DNA of 52,588 nt. Source: an uncultured archaeon. Its GTDB lineage: Archaea; Aenigmatarchaeota; Aenigmatarchaeia; CG10238-14; SCSR01. The stretch covers positions 1 through 52,588 of the forward strand of contig CAZYHQ010000004.1 in the NCBI GenBank assembly GCA_964646855.1. Direction: 5' to 3'. Both the position numbers and the translations under genes were made by a program. The notes under the pieces were generated by a model that ran no database searches, had not been told where the DNA came from, and saw only the letters and a program-made list of their open reading frames with translations. Shown here one piece after another: positions 18,719 to 28,405 of the stretch (the first letter of the stretch is position 1; each line of letters opens with the position of its first letter).

Positions 18719-18936
18719 ACTTCAAAATTGTTTATTGCGTCCCGTGCGGCTACATAACACGAGCGGAATGGCTGAAAAAAGATTTGGAAAGTAAATTTGA
18801 AAAGGTGAAGGTAGAGTTGGAGGGTGGAAAGGGTGGTGTTTTTGATGTGTTTGCAGACGGGGAATTAATCTTTTCAAAACACAAAGAGTTGAGATTTCCA
18901 GAAAATGAAGAGATAGCAAACTTGGTGAAAAAATGA
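18715..18936 (+). CDS. SelT/SelW/SelH (Rdx) family thioredoxin-like protein
   Basis: [23 protein letters not shown]....RFP...EI. Confidence 0.9.
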   Translation: MNFKIVYCVPCGYITRAEWLKKDLESKFEKVKVELEGGKGGVFDVFADGELIFSKHKELRFPENEEIANLVKK

Positions 18937-21218
18937 TGGTAGAAAAGGAATTGAGATTGAGGGTTGGAGAGCTTACTGCGAGAGAAGAAGCTGGCAGAGG
19001 AATAGTAAGACTTGATTCCAACACAATGGCCAAACTTGGAATAAAGGAAGGGGACGTGATCGAGATTGAAGGCAGCAGAAAAACTGCGGCTATAGCTGTG
19101 CGCGCTTACCCTGCGGATGTCGGTTTGAACATTTTAAGAATGGACGGGATTGAGAGGAGAAACTGCGGTTCAGCTGTCGGGGAGTATGTAAAGATACGCA
19201 TGGCTGACGCAAAGGAGGCGCAGAAGGTTGAATTGGCTCCCGCAGAAAAAGGAGTGATAATTCACACCTCTCCGAACTTGATAAAACAAAATATTTACAT
19301 GCGCCCTGTTGTTAAAGGTGACATACTAATTCCTTCACCTGTCGTTCGCAAACGCGCGAGAGGCGGAAGTATTTTTGAGGAATTTTTCGGAATGGATTTC
19401 GAGGAATTCGATTTCTTCTTCACCCCGTTCGGCAGGGACACGAGATTTGTTGTAACCAACACAACCCCGACTGGGATTGTAAAAATTTCTGACATGACTG
19501 ATCTGGAAATTTTGCCGCAGCTGCCGGAGTCGATGAAATTGGAAGACCGCGCGATTCCTGCCGTGACCTACGAAGACATAGGTGGAATAGGGGAAGTCGT
19601 GCAGAAAGTTAGGGAAATGATTGAACTGCCGTTGAGGCATCCAGAAATTTTTGAACGGCTTGGTGTTGAGCCACCGAAAGGTGTTTTGCTGTACGGGCCG
19701 CCAGGTACTGGTAAAACACTGCTGGCGAGGGCTGTGGCAAATGAGTCGGGGGCGAATTTCATTTCAATCAGCGGGCCTGAAGTTACATCCAAATGGTATG
19801 GTGAATCTGAAAAAAGAATCAGGGACATTTTTGAAGAAGCGGAAAAAAACTCACCGTCAATTATTTTCATCGACGAGATTGACGCGCTTGCGCCCAAAAG
19901 AGAGGAGGTAACTGGAGAAGTGGAGAGGAGAATGGTCAGCCAACTCTTGACAACTATGGACGGATTGAAGAAAAGAGGAAAAGTTATAGTTATTGCTGCG
20001 ACGAACAGGCCGAACGCGCTCGATCCTGCGCTGAGACGAGGCGGGAGATTCGACCGCGAAATAGAAATTCCTGTACCGGACAGAAATGGAAGATTGGAAA
20101 TTTTGCAAATTCACATGAGGAACATGCCGCTAGAGAAAGATGTTGACTTGAATTGGCTTGCTGACATAACTTACGGATTTGTTGGCGCCGATTTGTGGTC
20201 GCTTGCAAAAGAGGCTGCAATGTCTGCATTGCGAAGAATCCTGCCAGAAATAAAATGGAGAGAAGAAACTGAGTTGCCGAAAGAAGTTATGGAAAAACTT
20301 GTTGTAACAAAACAAGATTTTGAAAATGCGTTGAGGATTGTGGAGCCTTCTGCAATGCGCGAGGTGCTTGTTGAGATTCCGAAAGTCAAATGGGCCGACA
20401 TCGGTGGATTGGAAGAGGTTAAGCAGGCATTGAAAGAAATGGTTGAATGGCCGTTGAAAAGCCCTGAAGGTTTTGAGAGGCTTGGGATACAGCCGCCTAG
20501 AGGTATACTTCTGTACGGACCGCCTGGAACGGGAAAGACTTTGCTGGCAAAAGCAGTGGCGAACGAAAGCGGGGCGAATTTTATTTCGATAAAAGGTCCT
20601 GAGCTAAGATCGAAATGGGTTGGCGAAAGTGAAAGAATGATTAGAGATTTGTTCAGAAGAGCGAAGCAGGTATCCCCTACAATTTTGTTTTTCGACGAGG
20701 TTGATGCACTTGCACCAAGAAGGGGCGGATCTTATGGAGAGCAGGCGACTGAAAGCATAGTCTCCCAGCTGTTGACAGAAATGTCTGGGCTGGAGGAACT
20801 AAAAGGCGTGGTTGTTGTTGCAGCAAGCAACAGGCCGGACATGATTGATCCTGCTTTGCTAAGGCCTGGAAGAATAGACAGGCAAATTCTTGTCCCTGCC
20901 CCAGACCAAAAATCAAGACTGGAAATTTTGAAAGTCCACACCAAGTCAGTGCCGTTGAAAAATGTTGATTTGAAGGCCTTGGCAGAAAAGACAGAGGGCT
21001 TTTCTGGCGCTGATTTGGAAGCACTAGTCAGAGAGGCCGCAATGAGTTCTCTCAGGGAAGATATGAAAAACAAGGAAGTAAAGATGAAACATTTTGAAGA
21101 GGCGCTGAAAAAAATGTCGCCTAGCATTTCAAAAGAAGTCCTGAATCACTACGCAAAATTTGTTGAGAGGAGAAGGCAAATAAAGAAAGAGGAAGAGGTT
21201 CCTGCTTACATAGGGTGA
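18933..21218 (+). CDS. cdc48: Cdc48/VAT/p97 AAA+ ATPase
   Basis: N-domain plus two AAA modules (GPPGTGKT twice, IDEID and [14 protein letters not shown] and LLRPGRID); ends AYIG. Confidence 0.98.
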   Translation: MMVEKELRLRVGELTAREEAGRGIVRLDSNTMAKLGIKEGDVIEIEGSRKTAAIAVRAYPADVGLNILRMDGIERRNCGSAVGEYVKIRMADAKEAQKVELAPAEKGVIIHTSPNLIKQNIYMRPVVKGDILIPSPVVRKRARGGSIFEEFFGMDFEEFDFFFTPFGRDTRFVVTNTTPTGIVKISDMTDLEILPQLPESMKLEDRAIPAVTYEDIGGIGEVVQKVREMIELPLRHPEIFERLGVEPPKGVLLYGPPGTGKTLLARAVANESGANFISISGPEVTSKWYGESEKRIRDIFEEAEKNSPSIIFIDEIDALAPKREEVTGEVERRMVSQLLTTMDGLKKRGKVIVIAATNRPNALDPALRRGGRFDREIEIPVPDRNGRLEILQIHMRNMPLEKDVDLNWLADITYGFVGADLWSLAKEAAMSALRRILPEIKWREETELPKEVMEKLVVTKQDFENALRIVEPSAMREVLVEIPKVKWADIGGLEEVKQALKEMVEWPLKSPEGFERLGIQPPRGILLYGPPGTGKTLLAKAVANESGANFISIKGPELRSKWVGESERMIRDLFRRAKQVSPTILFFDEVDALAPRRGGSYGEQATESIVSQLLTEMSGLEELKGVVVVAASNRPDMIDPALLRPGRIDRQILVPAPDQKSRLEILKVHTKSVPLKNVDLKALAEKTEGFSGADLEALVREAAMSSLREDMKNKEVKMKHFEEALKKMSPSISKEVLNHYAKFVERRRQIKKEEEVPAYIG

Positions 21219-21727
21219 TACAAATAAAAATTTTTGAAGAACAGTTTGAAAGTGCAAGCTCGTTTGCAGAATTGTTTGAGTTGGTTAAATCAGTGGTCAG
21301 AAAATCCGTTGGCAGGGAGCGTTCGGGGCTGATGCTCGGGTTTGCCGAGCTTGGTGTTTATCCAAACGGTTTTGTAGGCGGATTTCATCCTGTCGGGTCA
21401 AACATCATTGTCATGAACAAGACTGCAGCAAAGTTAATTGCTGCACGCACGCCTGAGTTGTACAAGGCTTACTGCTTCCACATTTTGTTGCACGAGTATT
21501 TGCACACTTTGGGGTTCTTGGACGAGCTGAACACTAGAGTTGTTGCGCATCTGGTTAGCAAAGAAACATTTGGTGAAGATCATCCTGCTGCGATAGTCAG
21601 TTCAAAATTCGACGAAATGCTAAAGGGCATACCGATACAGTTCTGCGTAGCCCAAAGAGAGTATGATCAGAATAAAATTCAAATTATTGATGGTTTTGAT
21701 AGCAGCAACACGAATTACATCGGATGA
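21215..21727 (+). CDS. Putative zincin-like metallopeptidase (HExxH)
   Basis: [13 protein letters not shown]; GTGA overlap with cdc48; ends NYIG. Confidence 0.75.
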   Translation: MIQIKIFEEQFESASSFAELFELVKSVVRKSVGRERSGLMLGFAELGVYPNGFVGGFHPVGSNIIVMNKTAAKLIAARTPELYKAYCFHILLHEYLHTLGFLDELNTRVVAHLVSKETFGEDHPAAIVSSKFDEMLKGIPIQFCVAQREYDQNKIQIIDGFDSSNTNYIG

Positions 21728-21777
21728 AAATTTCTGCACTAAAAAACTTAAGTAGATTCGTAACAAGTAAATAATCA

Positions 21778-22263
21778 ATGATATTGTTCGACATTGAAAC
21801 ATCAGGTCTCAACCCCTTGAACAGCGAAATAATTACAATCCAGTTGAAAGTAGGGGACGAACTGAAGGTATGGAAGCTGTGGGAGGAAAAGGATGAATTA
21901 ACCATGATAACGAAATTTTTCGATTTCATTAAAAATTCAAACGAACCCGTTGTTGGATACAACATTTCAAGGTTCGACATAAATTTTATTTTAACGCGAC
22001 TGATGCTCAACAACAAATTGACCGACGAAATAAAAAATATTGTAAAAACCAAAAGATGGATAGAGCTGACTGATTACCAAGGTGACAGTCGCGGCATGAA
22101 CAACTTGCTGAAGAAATTGTCTGTAAACAGGGGCTCGCAGGTGGAAAATAGGCACATACCCATGTTATACAAATTAAAAATGTACGACAAAATTGTCGAG
22201 CACGCGATTGATGACTTGAACGCTTGCGAGGAAGTCATAAGAAAATTGAATTTGAAATTTTAG
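21778..22263 (+). CDS. RNase H-like DEDD 3'-5' exonuclease-domain protein (YprB-like)
   Basis: FDIETSGL, VGYNI..FD..F, I..H..DDL. Confidence 0.85.
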   Translation: MILFDIETSGLNPLNSEIITIQLKVGDELKVWKLWEEKDELTMITKFFDFIKNSNEPVVGYNISRFDINFILTRLMLNNKLTDEIKNIVKTKRWIELTDYQGDSRGMNNLLKKLSVNRGSQVENRHIPMLYKLKMYDKIVEHAIDDLNACEEVIRKLNLKF

Positions 22264-22275
22264 TCTATCAAAAAT

Positions 22276-22545
22276 TTACTTGAACATAGCCATTTCCATC
22301 ATCAAACCTTTCGCCCATCTACTGGTATCAAAGCAGGTCAAATCGTCCATGACCTTTCCACTAAAGTATAAAATTTTCCATTTTTTTGTTTCTGGAACCC
22401 TAAGTGCAATTATTCTCTGTTTTCCTCTCTCTAAAACGACTTTGCTCCCTGCCATTTTTTCTGGGAACCATCCAAAACGTTTTGCAAACTCCACAATTTC
22501 TTCCCAACTCGGTTCCATTCTTGAGGATTTTCTTATTGCCGTCAT
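22276..22545 (-). CDS. Hypothetical protein, possibly HicA-like fold
   Basis: SWEEIV....RFGW......GSKVVLER resembles the HicA GSH.il.. motif but has Lys in place of His; overlaps the RNase HI stop. Confidence 0.55.
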   Translation of the reverse strand: MTAIRKSSRMEPSWEEIVEFAKRFGWFPEKMAGSKVVLERGKQRIIALRVPETKKWKILYFSGKVMDDLTCFDTSRWAKGLMMEMAMFK

Positions 22546-23006
22546 CCATTCTCACTAGATTTATTAGTACTTTTGTTTTGAAAAACTTTACTTGCTAACT
22601 CGTTTGCCCTCATGTTGTACTTTCTATCTATGTAGAAATATCTAACTTTATTGAAAAGGGTTTCCAAGGATTTTATCTGCAGCAGGAGCTTCAGAAGTTT
22701 TTGGTCCTTGATTCTGTATCTTCCTGTGGCATGGTTCACCAGAAGTTTGCTGTCACTGAAAATTTTTATTTCGTTCCTGCAGTATTTTGCCGCAAGCTCG
22801 AGAGCCTTCATGGCAGCAGTATACTCTGCTATGTTGCTCGTCCCATTGCCGATTGTCTCGCAGAATTCCTCCAAAACTTTTTTGTCTTCTCCTCTGAGCA
22901 CAATTGCAATAGACGCTTCTCCTGGATTTCCTTTGCAGGCGCCGTCAATGTTGACGTAGAGTGAATTTATTCTTTGTTGAAAATTTTGCAGTTGGTTTCC
23001 GTCCAT
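22542..23006 (-). CDS. rnhA: Ribonuclease HI
   Basis: DGACKGNPG, T.N.AEY.A...ALE, SDSKLLV....G.Y.IK, R..N..A..LA. Confidence 0.9.
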   Translation of the reverse strand: MDGNQLQNFQQRINSLYVNIDGACKGNPGEASIAIVLRGEDKKVLEEFCETIGNGTSNIAEYTAAMKALELAAKYCRNEIKIFSDSKLLVNHATGRYRIKDQKLLKLLLQIKSLETLFNKVRYFYIDRKYNMRANELASKVFQNKSTNKSSENG

Positions 23007-23040
23007 GAAAGCTTATTCGTTTTGAATAGTTTATTTAGAT

Positions 23041-23097
23041 TTAGCACTTTGCATGGTAGTAAATTAAACAGAAATTCACCACTGTAGGTGGTGGTAA
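23041..23097. promoter_or_regulatory. Tandem 7-8-7 palindromic boxes upstream of RNase HI
   Basis: TTAGCAC-N8-GTAGTAA (23041-23062) and TCACCAC-N8-GTGGTAA (23076-23097); same arrangement at 29870-29926. Confidence 0.7.
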
Positions 23098-23128
23098 AAT
23101 TAAACATATGGCAGACGTATCCCCAGTC

Positions 23129-23878
23129 TCATAATTTCATTCTCTTAAAAGCGAAAGTACCAACAACAATCATAATGACTGCAAACAACAGTAGCATAGA
23201 AAAATTGTAAGCCAGGGAAAATTTTGCAGTTCCTAACATCAGACCGCGAAGAGCATCTACAGCATACGTCACAGGGTTTGCAGAAGTTAGTGATGAAAGC
23301 CAGACAGGCAAATCATCCAGCGGATACAAAGCACCGGACAAAAAGAACAGTGGCAAGTTTACAAAGCTGCCAATCAAACCAAATCCCTCTAAACTTTCTA
23401 TGAAGCTGCCTAAAGTCAAACCAACTGCAACTAAACCCAAAGACAAAACAAACATCAAACCTAAAGAGAGTAAAATCACTGGAATACTTAACTGAATTCC
23501 AAACAAATATCCAAGAAACAAAATCAAAACTCCTTGCAACATCGCGTCAGTTGCACCGCCTAAAACCTTTCCGAAAAATATTGTTGATCTTGACAAAGGT
23601 GCGGCCAAAACTTCCTTCAGAAAATCAATTTTTTTGTCCCAAATTATGTAGATGCCGTAAAAAATGGACCGAAATAGGATAATCATTGCAACAATTCCAG
23701 GGAAAATAAAAGTTTGGTAATCGAATCCTTCGAAAGAAATCCTGTTTCCAAAACCGCTTCCGAAAATCACTAGCCAGAGCAACGGAGCAAAAATTGATGC
23801 CGCAATTCTAGACTTTTCCCTCCAAAAAACCAAAACTTCCCTCAACCATACTGCATACAATCCAGACAACTCGCTCAT
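23129..23878 (-). CDS. ABC-2 type exporter permease
   Basis: PLLWL.IFG.G, FI.PG, GF/DF-LKEVLAAPLSR, FFLSGALYP, NP.TYAVD.LR. Confidence 0.93.
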   Translation of the reverse strand: MSELSGLYAVWLREVLVFWREKSRIAASIFAPLLWLVIFGSGFGNRISFEGFDYQTFIFPGIVAMIILFRSIFYGIYIIWDKKIDFLKEVLAAPLSRSTIFFGKVLGGATDAMLQGVLILFLGYLFGIQLSIPVILLSLGLMFVLSLGLVAVGLTLGSFIESLEGFGLIGSFVNLPLFFLSGALYPLDDLPVWLSSLTSANPVTYAVDALRGLMLGTAKFSLAYNFSMLLLFAVIMIVVGTFAFKRMKL

Positions 23879-24852
23879 CTTCTCGCCCTCAGCAGTAAAG
23901 ATCTTTCGAAAAATCCCCCTTCTGCCGACTCCTCTCTGATTTCCCTGCCTGTGTAGTGCAGAAAGACATCGTTCAAAGTCGGCGTGCGCAATTCAACTGA
24001 TTCCACTTTCCCGATAATTTTTAAAATTTCTTGCAGATGTTTATTCGCATTTGAAACCGTAAGGGAAACAGTATGATTTAACTTGTCCACTTGCTTGATG
24101 CATTTCAGTTTTTTCACAGCATCCAGATTCGGATTTTTTATTTCCAACCGAATTATGTCGCCGCCCAAAATTTTTTTCATTTTGCTTGGAGAATTTAATG
24201 CAACAATTTTCCCGTAATCGATTATTGCAATCCTGTCGCACAGCCTGTCGGCCTCTTCCATGTAATGCGTTGTTATGATTATGGTGATTTTTTCTTCCTT
24301 TACCAACTGCTCTATGTAAGCCCATATATGCTCTCGCGTTTGCGGATCCAAACCTAGCGTAGGTTCGTCCAAAAACAAAATTTTTGGATTGTGCAAAAGT
24401 CCGCGGGCAATTTCCAGCCTTCTCCGCATGCCACCAGAATACTTTTTCACCAGATCATTTTTTCTGTCCGTCAGATCAACCAGTTGTAAAACTTCCTGAA
24501 TTCTTTTCTCTATTGCTCCTTTAGGCACGCCGTACATAAGCGCATGCAATTTCAAGTTTTCATAACCAGTAAGTATGTCGTCAGAACTCGGTTCTTGAAA
24601 AACAATTCCTATGTTTTTTCTAACTAATGAGGGATTTTTTGTGATGTCATGGCCGTTGATTATGGCAGTGCCGCTAGTTGCTTTCAAAAGTGTTGCAAGC
24701 ATGTGTAAGGTAGTGGTCTTGCCAGCGCCGTTGGGCCCCAGCAAACCAAAAACTTCACCCTCTTTTATCGAGAAACTTATTCCGTCAACTGCAGTTAGGC
24801 TTTCATACTTTTTTGTAAGATTTTTTACCTCGATAATCATTCCATCACTCAA
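23875..24852 (-). CDS. ABC exporter ATP-binding protein (DrrA-like)
   Basis: GPNGAGKTT, YSGGMRRRLEIARGL, LDEPTLGLD, TTHYMEEA. Confidence 0.96.
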   Translation of the reverse strand: MSDGMIIEVKNLTKKYESLTAVDGISFSIKEGEVFGLLGPNGAGKTTTLHMLATLLKATSGTAIINGHDITKNPSLVRKNIGIVFQEPSSDDILTGYENLKLHALMYGVPKGAIEKRIQEVLQLVDLTDRKNDLVKKYSGGMRRRLEIARGLLHNPKILFLDEPTLGLDPQTREHIWAYIEQLVKEEKITIIITTHYMEEADRLCDRIAIIDYGKIVALNSPSKMKKILGGDIIRLEIKNPNLDAVKKLKCIKQVDKLNHTVSLTVSNANKHLQEILKIIGKVESVELRTPTLNDVFLHYTGREIREESAEGGFFERSLLLRARR

Positions 24853-25421
24853 AAATTAACCTTTGTTTTTTGTTTTCTGTTTTGCAACCTTAAATAAATT
24901 CCTACAATAACGCCGATGAAAAGTCCGCCCAGATGAGCTTGGTAGGCAATGCCTGAAGGCGAGAAGAGTCCGACAAAATTCGAGTAGGCGTAAAATATTG
25001 CTACTAGAATCATTGGCAGCGGGTACAAGCCGCCTACGAACACCATCATCCCTGGTGCCAGGACTGCCAGTATTCCCATCACACCATAAATCGCGCCGCT
25101 GGCACCGACTGCGGGCGTGGTGCTCAACGGGTCTGTGTAGAGATAAGCAAGATTCCCGACAATGCCAGCGATAAAGTAGATTATCAGAAAACCTCTTTGA
25201 GAAATTCTCGATTCCAGAGAAAGACCGAAAATGAAAAGCGCGAACATGTTGAAAAACAGGTGCGAGAAGCCTGCGTGCATGAAGATGGAAGTTACAAAAG
25301 TCCATGGTTCGCTAAATGCTGTAACAGGCACGAACGCAAACTGCATGAGAGGTACAAAAAGTTGCGCAAAAAAGACAAGCAGATTGATTCCAATCAAAGT
25401 CAGTGTCCAGCTGAATCGCAT
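24849..25421 (-). CDS. Rhomboid intramembrane serine protease
   Basis: PW...TSIFMH....HL.FNM, GASGAIYG, AHLGG. Confidence 0.95.
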   Translation of the reverse strand: MRFSWTLTLIGINLLVFFAQLFVPLMQFAFVPVTAFSEPWTFVTSIFMHAGFSHLFFNMFALFIFGLSLESRISQRGFLIIYFIAGIVGNLAYLYTDPLSTTPAVGASGAIYGVMGILAVLAPGMMVFVGGLYPLPMILVAIFYAYSNFVGLFSPSGIAYQAHLGGLFIGVIVGIYLRLQNRKQKTKVNF

Positions 25422-25498
25422 AGAAATAATTGTGAATACAACTAAATCTTTATTAGCGTAGTCGAGAAATTTTTAATATACAACTAAATGGTGAGCTA

Positions 25499-26329
25499 TT
25501 GACAAGAATCATTGCAATTTCTTCTGGTAAGGGTGGTGTTGGTAAGACTACACTTACTGCAAACCTTGCGCTCGCGCTCAAAAATCTTGGGAAGAAGGTT
25601 ACAATTATTGACTGCAATGTTTCCACACCGCACTTGGCTTACTACCTGGGGTCTACCAGCTACAAGTATACGCTCAACGACGCCCTTCTCGGAAAGGTCG
25701 ACATAATTTCTGCAGTTAACAATTACGAAGGGATGAGGTTTGTTGCTGCTTCTCTTGATCTGCAGGATCTTGTAGACTTGGATCTCACCAAACTTAAAAA
25801 ACATTTGAAAAAATTGACTGTACCTGCGGACAAGGCTGATTTTGTTTTGCTGGATTCGGCACCGGGTTTGGGGAGGGAGGCGCTGACTGTTTTGGATGCG
25901 AGCGACGAGGTGGTTTTCGTCACTCTCCCGTTTTTGCCGATGGTTAACGATGTCGTGAGGTGCAGGGAAGTTCTGAAGGAAATGAAAGGCGGCCACAACC
26001 TCTCTGTTGTCCTGAACATGGTCAATTACAGCAGCAACGAGCTTGTGAGCAAATCCGTGGAAGAGATGACTGGGCTTCCGGTGATAGGCGAGATTCCTTT
26101 CGACAGAAACGTGATAAATTCCATGGCATTCAAGACTCCTGTAGTCGTGAACAATCCGAATTCGTTTGCAAGCACGAGCATCATGAAAATTGCCGCCGCT
26201 CTTACCAACAACGAGTACGAAGAGCCTAACAAATTCAAATTAGTTAAACTTTTTGCAAAACTCAGGAATTTAATTTTCTCCGGAAAAGTCGGCTTGTACA
26301 AGACTCCAAAAGATCTGCCGACGCAGTAG
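25499..26329 (+). CDS. MinD/ParA-family ATPase
   Basis: SGKGGVGKTT deviant Walker A, DFVLLDSAPGL, IGEIPFD. Confidence 0.9.
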   Translation: MTRIIAISSGKGGVGKTTLTANLALALKNLGKKVTIIDCNVSTPHLAYYLGSTSYKYTLNDALLGKVDIISAVNNYEGMRFVAASLDLQDLVDLDLTKLKKHLKKLTVPADKADFVLLDSAPGLGREALTVLDASDEVVFVTLPFLPMVNDVVRCREVLKEMKGGHNLSVVLNMVNYSSNELVSKSVEEMTGLPVIGEIPFDRNVINSMAFKTPVVVNNPNSFASTSIMKIAAALTNNEYEEPNKFKLVKLFAKLRNLIFSGKVGLYKTPKDLPTQ

Positions 26330-26348
26330 ATTAATTACATAGATTCTT

Positions 26349-27095
26349 ATGGCTATTTTGAGAACGCTGGGAAAATTCTTCGGCGGATTGATTTTCACAA
26401 TGTTTCTAATTGCGGCGATAACTGTTTTTTCCCTGGCTCAGCTGATTGAGCATGACAGTCTAAAAACGATAGTCACGGATTTGCTGGTCCAGCAGCTAAA
26501 GGATCAACAGGTACAGCAGGTTACCGGAATACTGAGGGAGGGATGCGTACAGAGTGATTCCATAAAACTAACGCTTGGGAAAGATTCCTTCAACATAGAC
26601 TGCAAGGAAGTGGGAGGAACGAGCGACGAAAATTTAACTGCTGTGATTGCAGGTCAAGCTTTTGACCAGATATATTTCAAAAAATACGATTGCAGTTTTG
26701 TAGAGTGTCTGCAAAAGCCTGGCGAAGAGAAAATTTTAATCCTGCTTTCTGCAAACGCGTACAAATTTTTGGGAAACATGCAGATTGCACTTTGGGTCGG
26801 CGCTGTCTTGGGAGCGGTCATAATGTCTGTGTCGACAGAAACTTGGGGAGGGAGACTCAAAGGTTTTGGGACTTCTTTGGTTTTTGTGGGTTTGCCGGTT
26901 GTTGTAATGAGCCAGTTTCAAAATATTGTTTTTTCTCTGCTGCCGTCAGGATCTGTCAACTTGGTTCCTTTGATGGAGAAAATTTTCAGCTCGATGTCGG
27001 CAAATTACCTAATTGTCCTTGTCTTGGGTATAGCATTGACAGCGGCTGGTTACGGTATTGCAATATTTAAGAAAAAGGGCAGAAGCAAGATTTAA
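26349..27095 (+). CDS. Membrane protein with Cys-containing extracellular loop
   Basis: Four TM segments, YDC.F..C. Confidence 0.78.
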   Translation: MAILRTLGKFFGGLIFTMFLIAAITVFSLAQLIEHDSLKTIVTDLLVQQLKDQQVQQVTGILREGCVQSDSIKLTLGKDSFNIDCKEVGGTSDENLTAVIAGQAFDQIYFKKYDCSFVECLQKPGEEKILILLSANAYKFLGNMQIALWVGAVLGAVIMSVSTETWGGRLKGFGTSLVFVGLPVVVMSQFQNIVFSLLPSGSVNLVPLMEKIFSSMSANYLIVLVLGIALTAAGYGIAIFKKKGRSKI

Positions 27096-27096
27096 C

Positions 27097-27228
27097 TTAT
27101 CCTATGTAGCGAAGATCCTTTTCGTGCGCCTTGTGTATTTTCACGTATTTGGCAAGTTCTTCACGAAGAAGTTTTTCGATTTTTTCCCATTCAAGGTCCC
27201 TTTTGAACCTTCTATGAGTGTGAACCAT
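27097..27228 (-). CDS. 43-aa micro-protein ending DLRYIG
   Basis: MVHTHRRFKRDLEWEKIEKLLREELAKYVKIHKAHEKDLRYIG*; fills the intergenic gap; divergent from the CBS gene across an AT-rich spacer. Confidence 0.65.
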   Translation of the reverse strand: MVHTHRRFKRDLEWEKIEKLLREELAKYVKIHKAHEKDLRYIG

Positions 27229-27265
27229 GATAATATATTATAGTTTAAGGATTAAATATTTTATT

Positions 27266-27691
27266 ATGCTCGTCCGAGAGGTCATGAATAGGCAGATTGT
27301 GACAGCAAAACCAGAGCTTTCCTTGAAAGAGGCAAGCAAGGTAATGACTGACATGCGAATCGGCAGTCTGCTAGTTGTGGAAAAGGAGAAAATTTTGGGG
27401 ATAGTTACGGGCAGCGACGTCTTGAAAGCAGTTGCGTCTGGCAAGGACCCGGAAAGGACTTTGGTGGAAAGTTCGATGAGCAAAAACGTGAAAATCATAG
27501 AGCCTGAAAAAACTATCGAAGAAGCTGTTAGCATCATGGTTGAAAACAAAATTAAAAAACTTCCTGTTGTCGATGAAGGAAAAATAATCGGGATAATCAC
27601 CGCAAGTGATATAGTGACTATCGAGCCGAAGCTCATTGCGAATATTGCAGAACTGATGTCAATGCGGCTTCCTGGTTACAGCGGTGGATGA
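27266..27691 (+). CDS. CBS-pair domain protein
   Basis: V..VM...IVT, IGSLLVV....ILGIVT..D, IKKLPVV..G..IGIIT.SDI. Confidence 0.92.
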   Translation: MLVREVMNRQIVTAKPELSLKEASKVMTDMRIGSLLVVEKEKILGIVTGSDVLKAVASGKDPERTLVESSMSKNVKIIEPEKTIEEAVSIMVENKIKKLPVVDEGKIIGIITASDIVTIEPKLIANIAELMSMRLPGYSGG

Positions 27692-27725
27692 ATTTTTATT
27701 TTAGGTGGATTTTATTTTAGCAAAA

Positions 27726-27851
27726 ATGTTTTGTCCAGAACATGGAAAACTCGAGTTTGACCAAATACAAATAAAAAATGGAAATCCAATTTGTAGTAAA
27801 TGCTCAAAAGAGCTGCAGTTCGGAAAAGTACAACCGAGAAAAGTAAAATAA
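27726..27851 (+). CDS. 41-aa putative zinc-finger micro-protein
   Basis: MFCPEHGKLEFDQIQIKNGNPICSKCSKELQFGKVQPRKVK*; CxxH...CxxC; in-frame GTG at 27705 is an alternative start. Confidence 0.65.
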   Translation: MFCPEHGKLEFDQIQIKNGNPICSKCSKELQFGKVQPRKVK

Positions 27852-27874
27852 ATATTTTTGTCACCAAATTATGA

Positions 27875-28405
27875 GTGTCATTAGAATTCGAAAAATTAGT
27901 AGAACTCATCAGAAAACTTGATATTATTGAGAAAGGGAATTTCCGCTTGTCATCTGGAGGGTACTCTGATTGGAAATTTAGCATCGAAAAAGGACTTGCA
28001 AACACGGAGTTCTGTGAGTTTGTTGGTAGAAAAACTGCTGGATTGTTTTATTCTATAGAAGCAGACAGCAGATCACAAAATGCTGTAGCAACTGTTGATA
28101 CTGGTGGCACCGAGTTTCTGAAAGCTTGCTTACCTTATATGAAAATCAAGAGTTTCGTAACAGTTACAAAAAATAACGAACTTTGTGGTAAACTCGATTT
28201 AAAACCTTATGTAATTTTTGAAGATGTTGTGACAGAAGGCAGGTCTGTAAAAAGAGTTGCAGATGTTCTGAAAACTTACAATATAGATGTGGCCGCTGCG
28301 ATATCCGTTCTGGATAGGGAACAGGGCGGGAAAGAGTTTTTGGCGAAGCACGGTATAGAACTATATTCTCTTCTGGCCAAACGTGATGTTGTGCATTTGA
28401 TTTAA
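27875..28405 (+). CDS. pyrE: Orotate phosphoribosyltransferase
   Basis: G.F.LSSG..S, PRPP loop IFEDVVTEG.S, VLDREQGG...L...GI.LYSL. Confidence 0.85.
   Translation: MSLEFEKLVELIRKLDIIEKGNFRLSSGGYSDWKFSIEKGLANTEFCEFVGRKTAGLFYSIEADSRSQNAVATVDTGGTEFLKACLPYMKIKSFVTVTKNNELCGKLDLKPYVIFEDVVTEGRSVKRVADVLKTYNIDVAAAISVLDREQGGKEFLAKHGIELYSLLAKRDVVHLI

Noticed and set aside
18715-18936. Possible selenoprotein (SelW family)
   Set aside because: The motif is CVPC encoded by TGC codons, with no in-frame TGA.
23041-23062. CIRCE/HrcA operator (begins TTAGCAC)
   Set aside because: The right arm and spacing do not match TTAGCACTC-N9-GAGTGCTAA; the four copies define a different 7-8-7 consensus.
23041-23097. 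Mini CRISPR array
   Set aside because: Only two degenerate units per locus with 13-nt linkers, and no cas genes; no CRISPR array was seen anywhere in the window.
27266-27691. CBS protein tail (GYSGG) and 45059-45349 tail (SIFG) as additional YIG-type termini
   Set aside because: Only loosely similar, so they were not counted.
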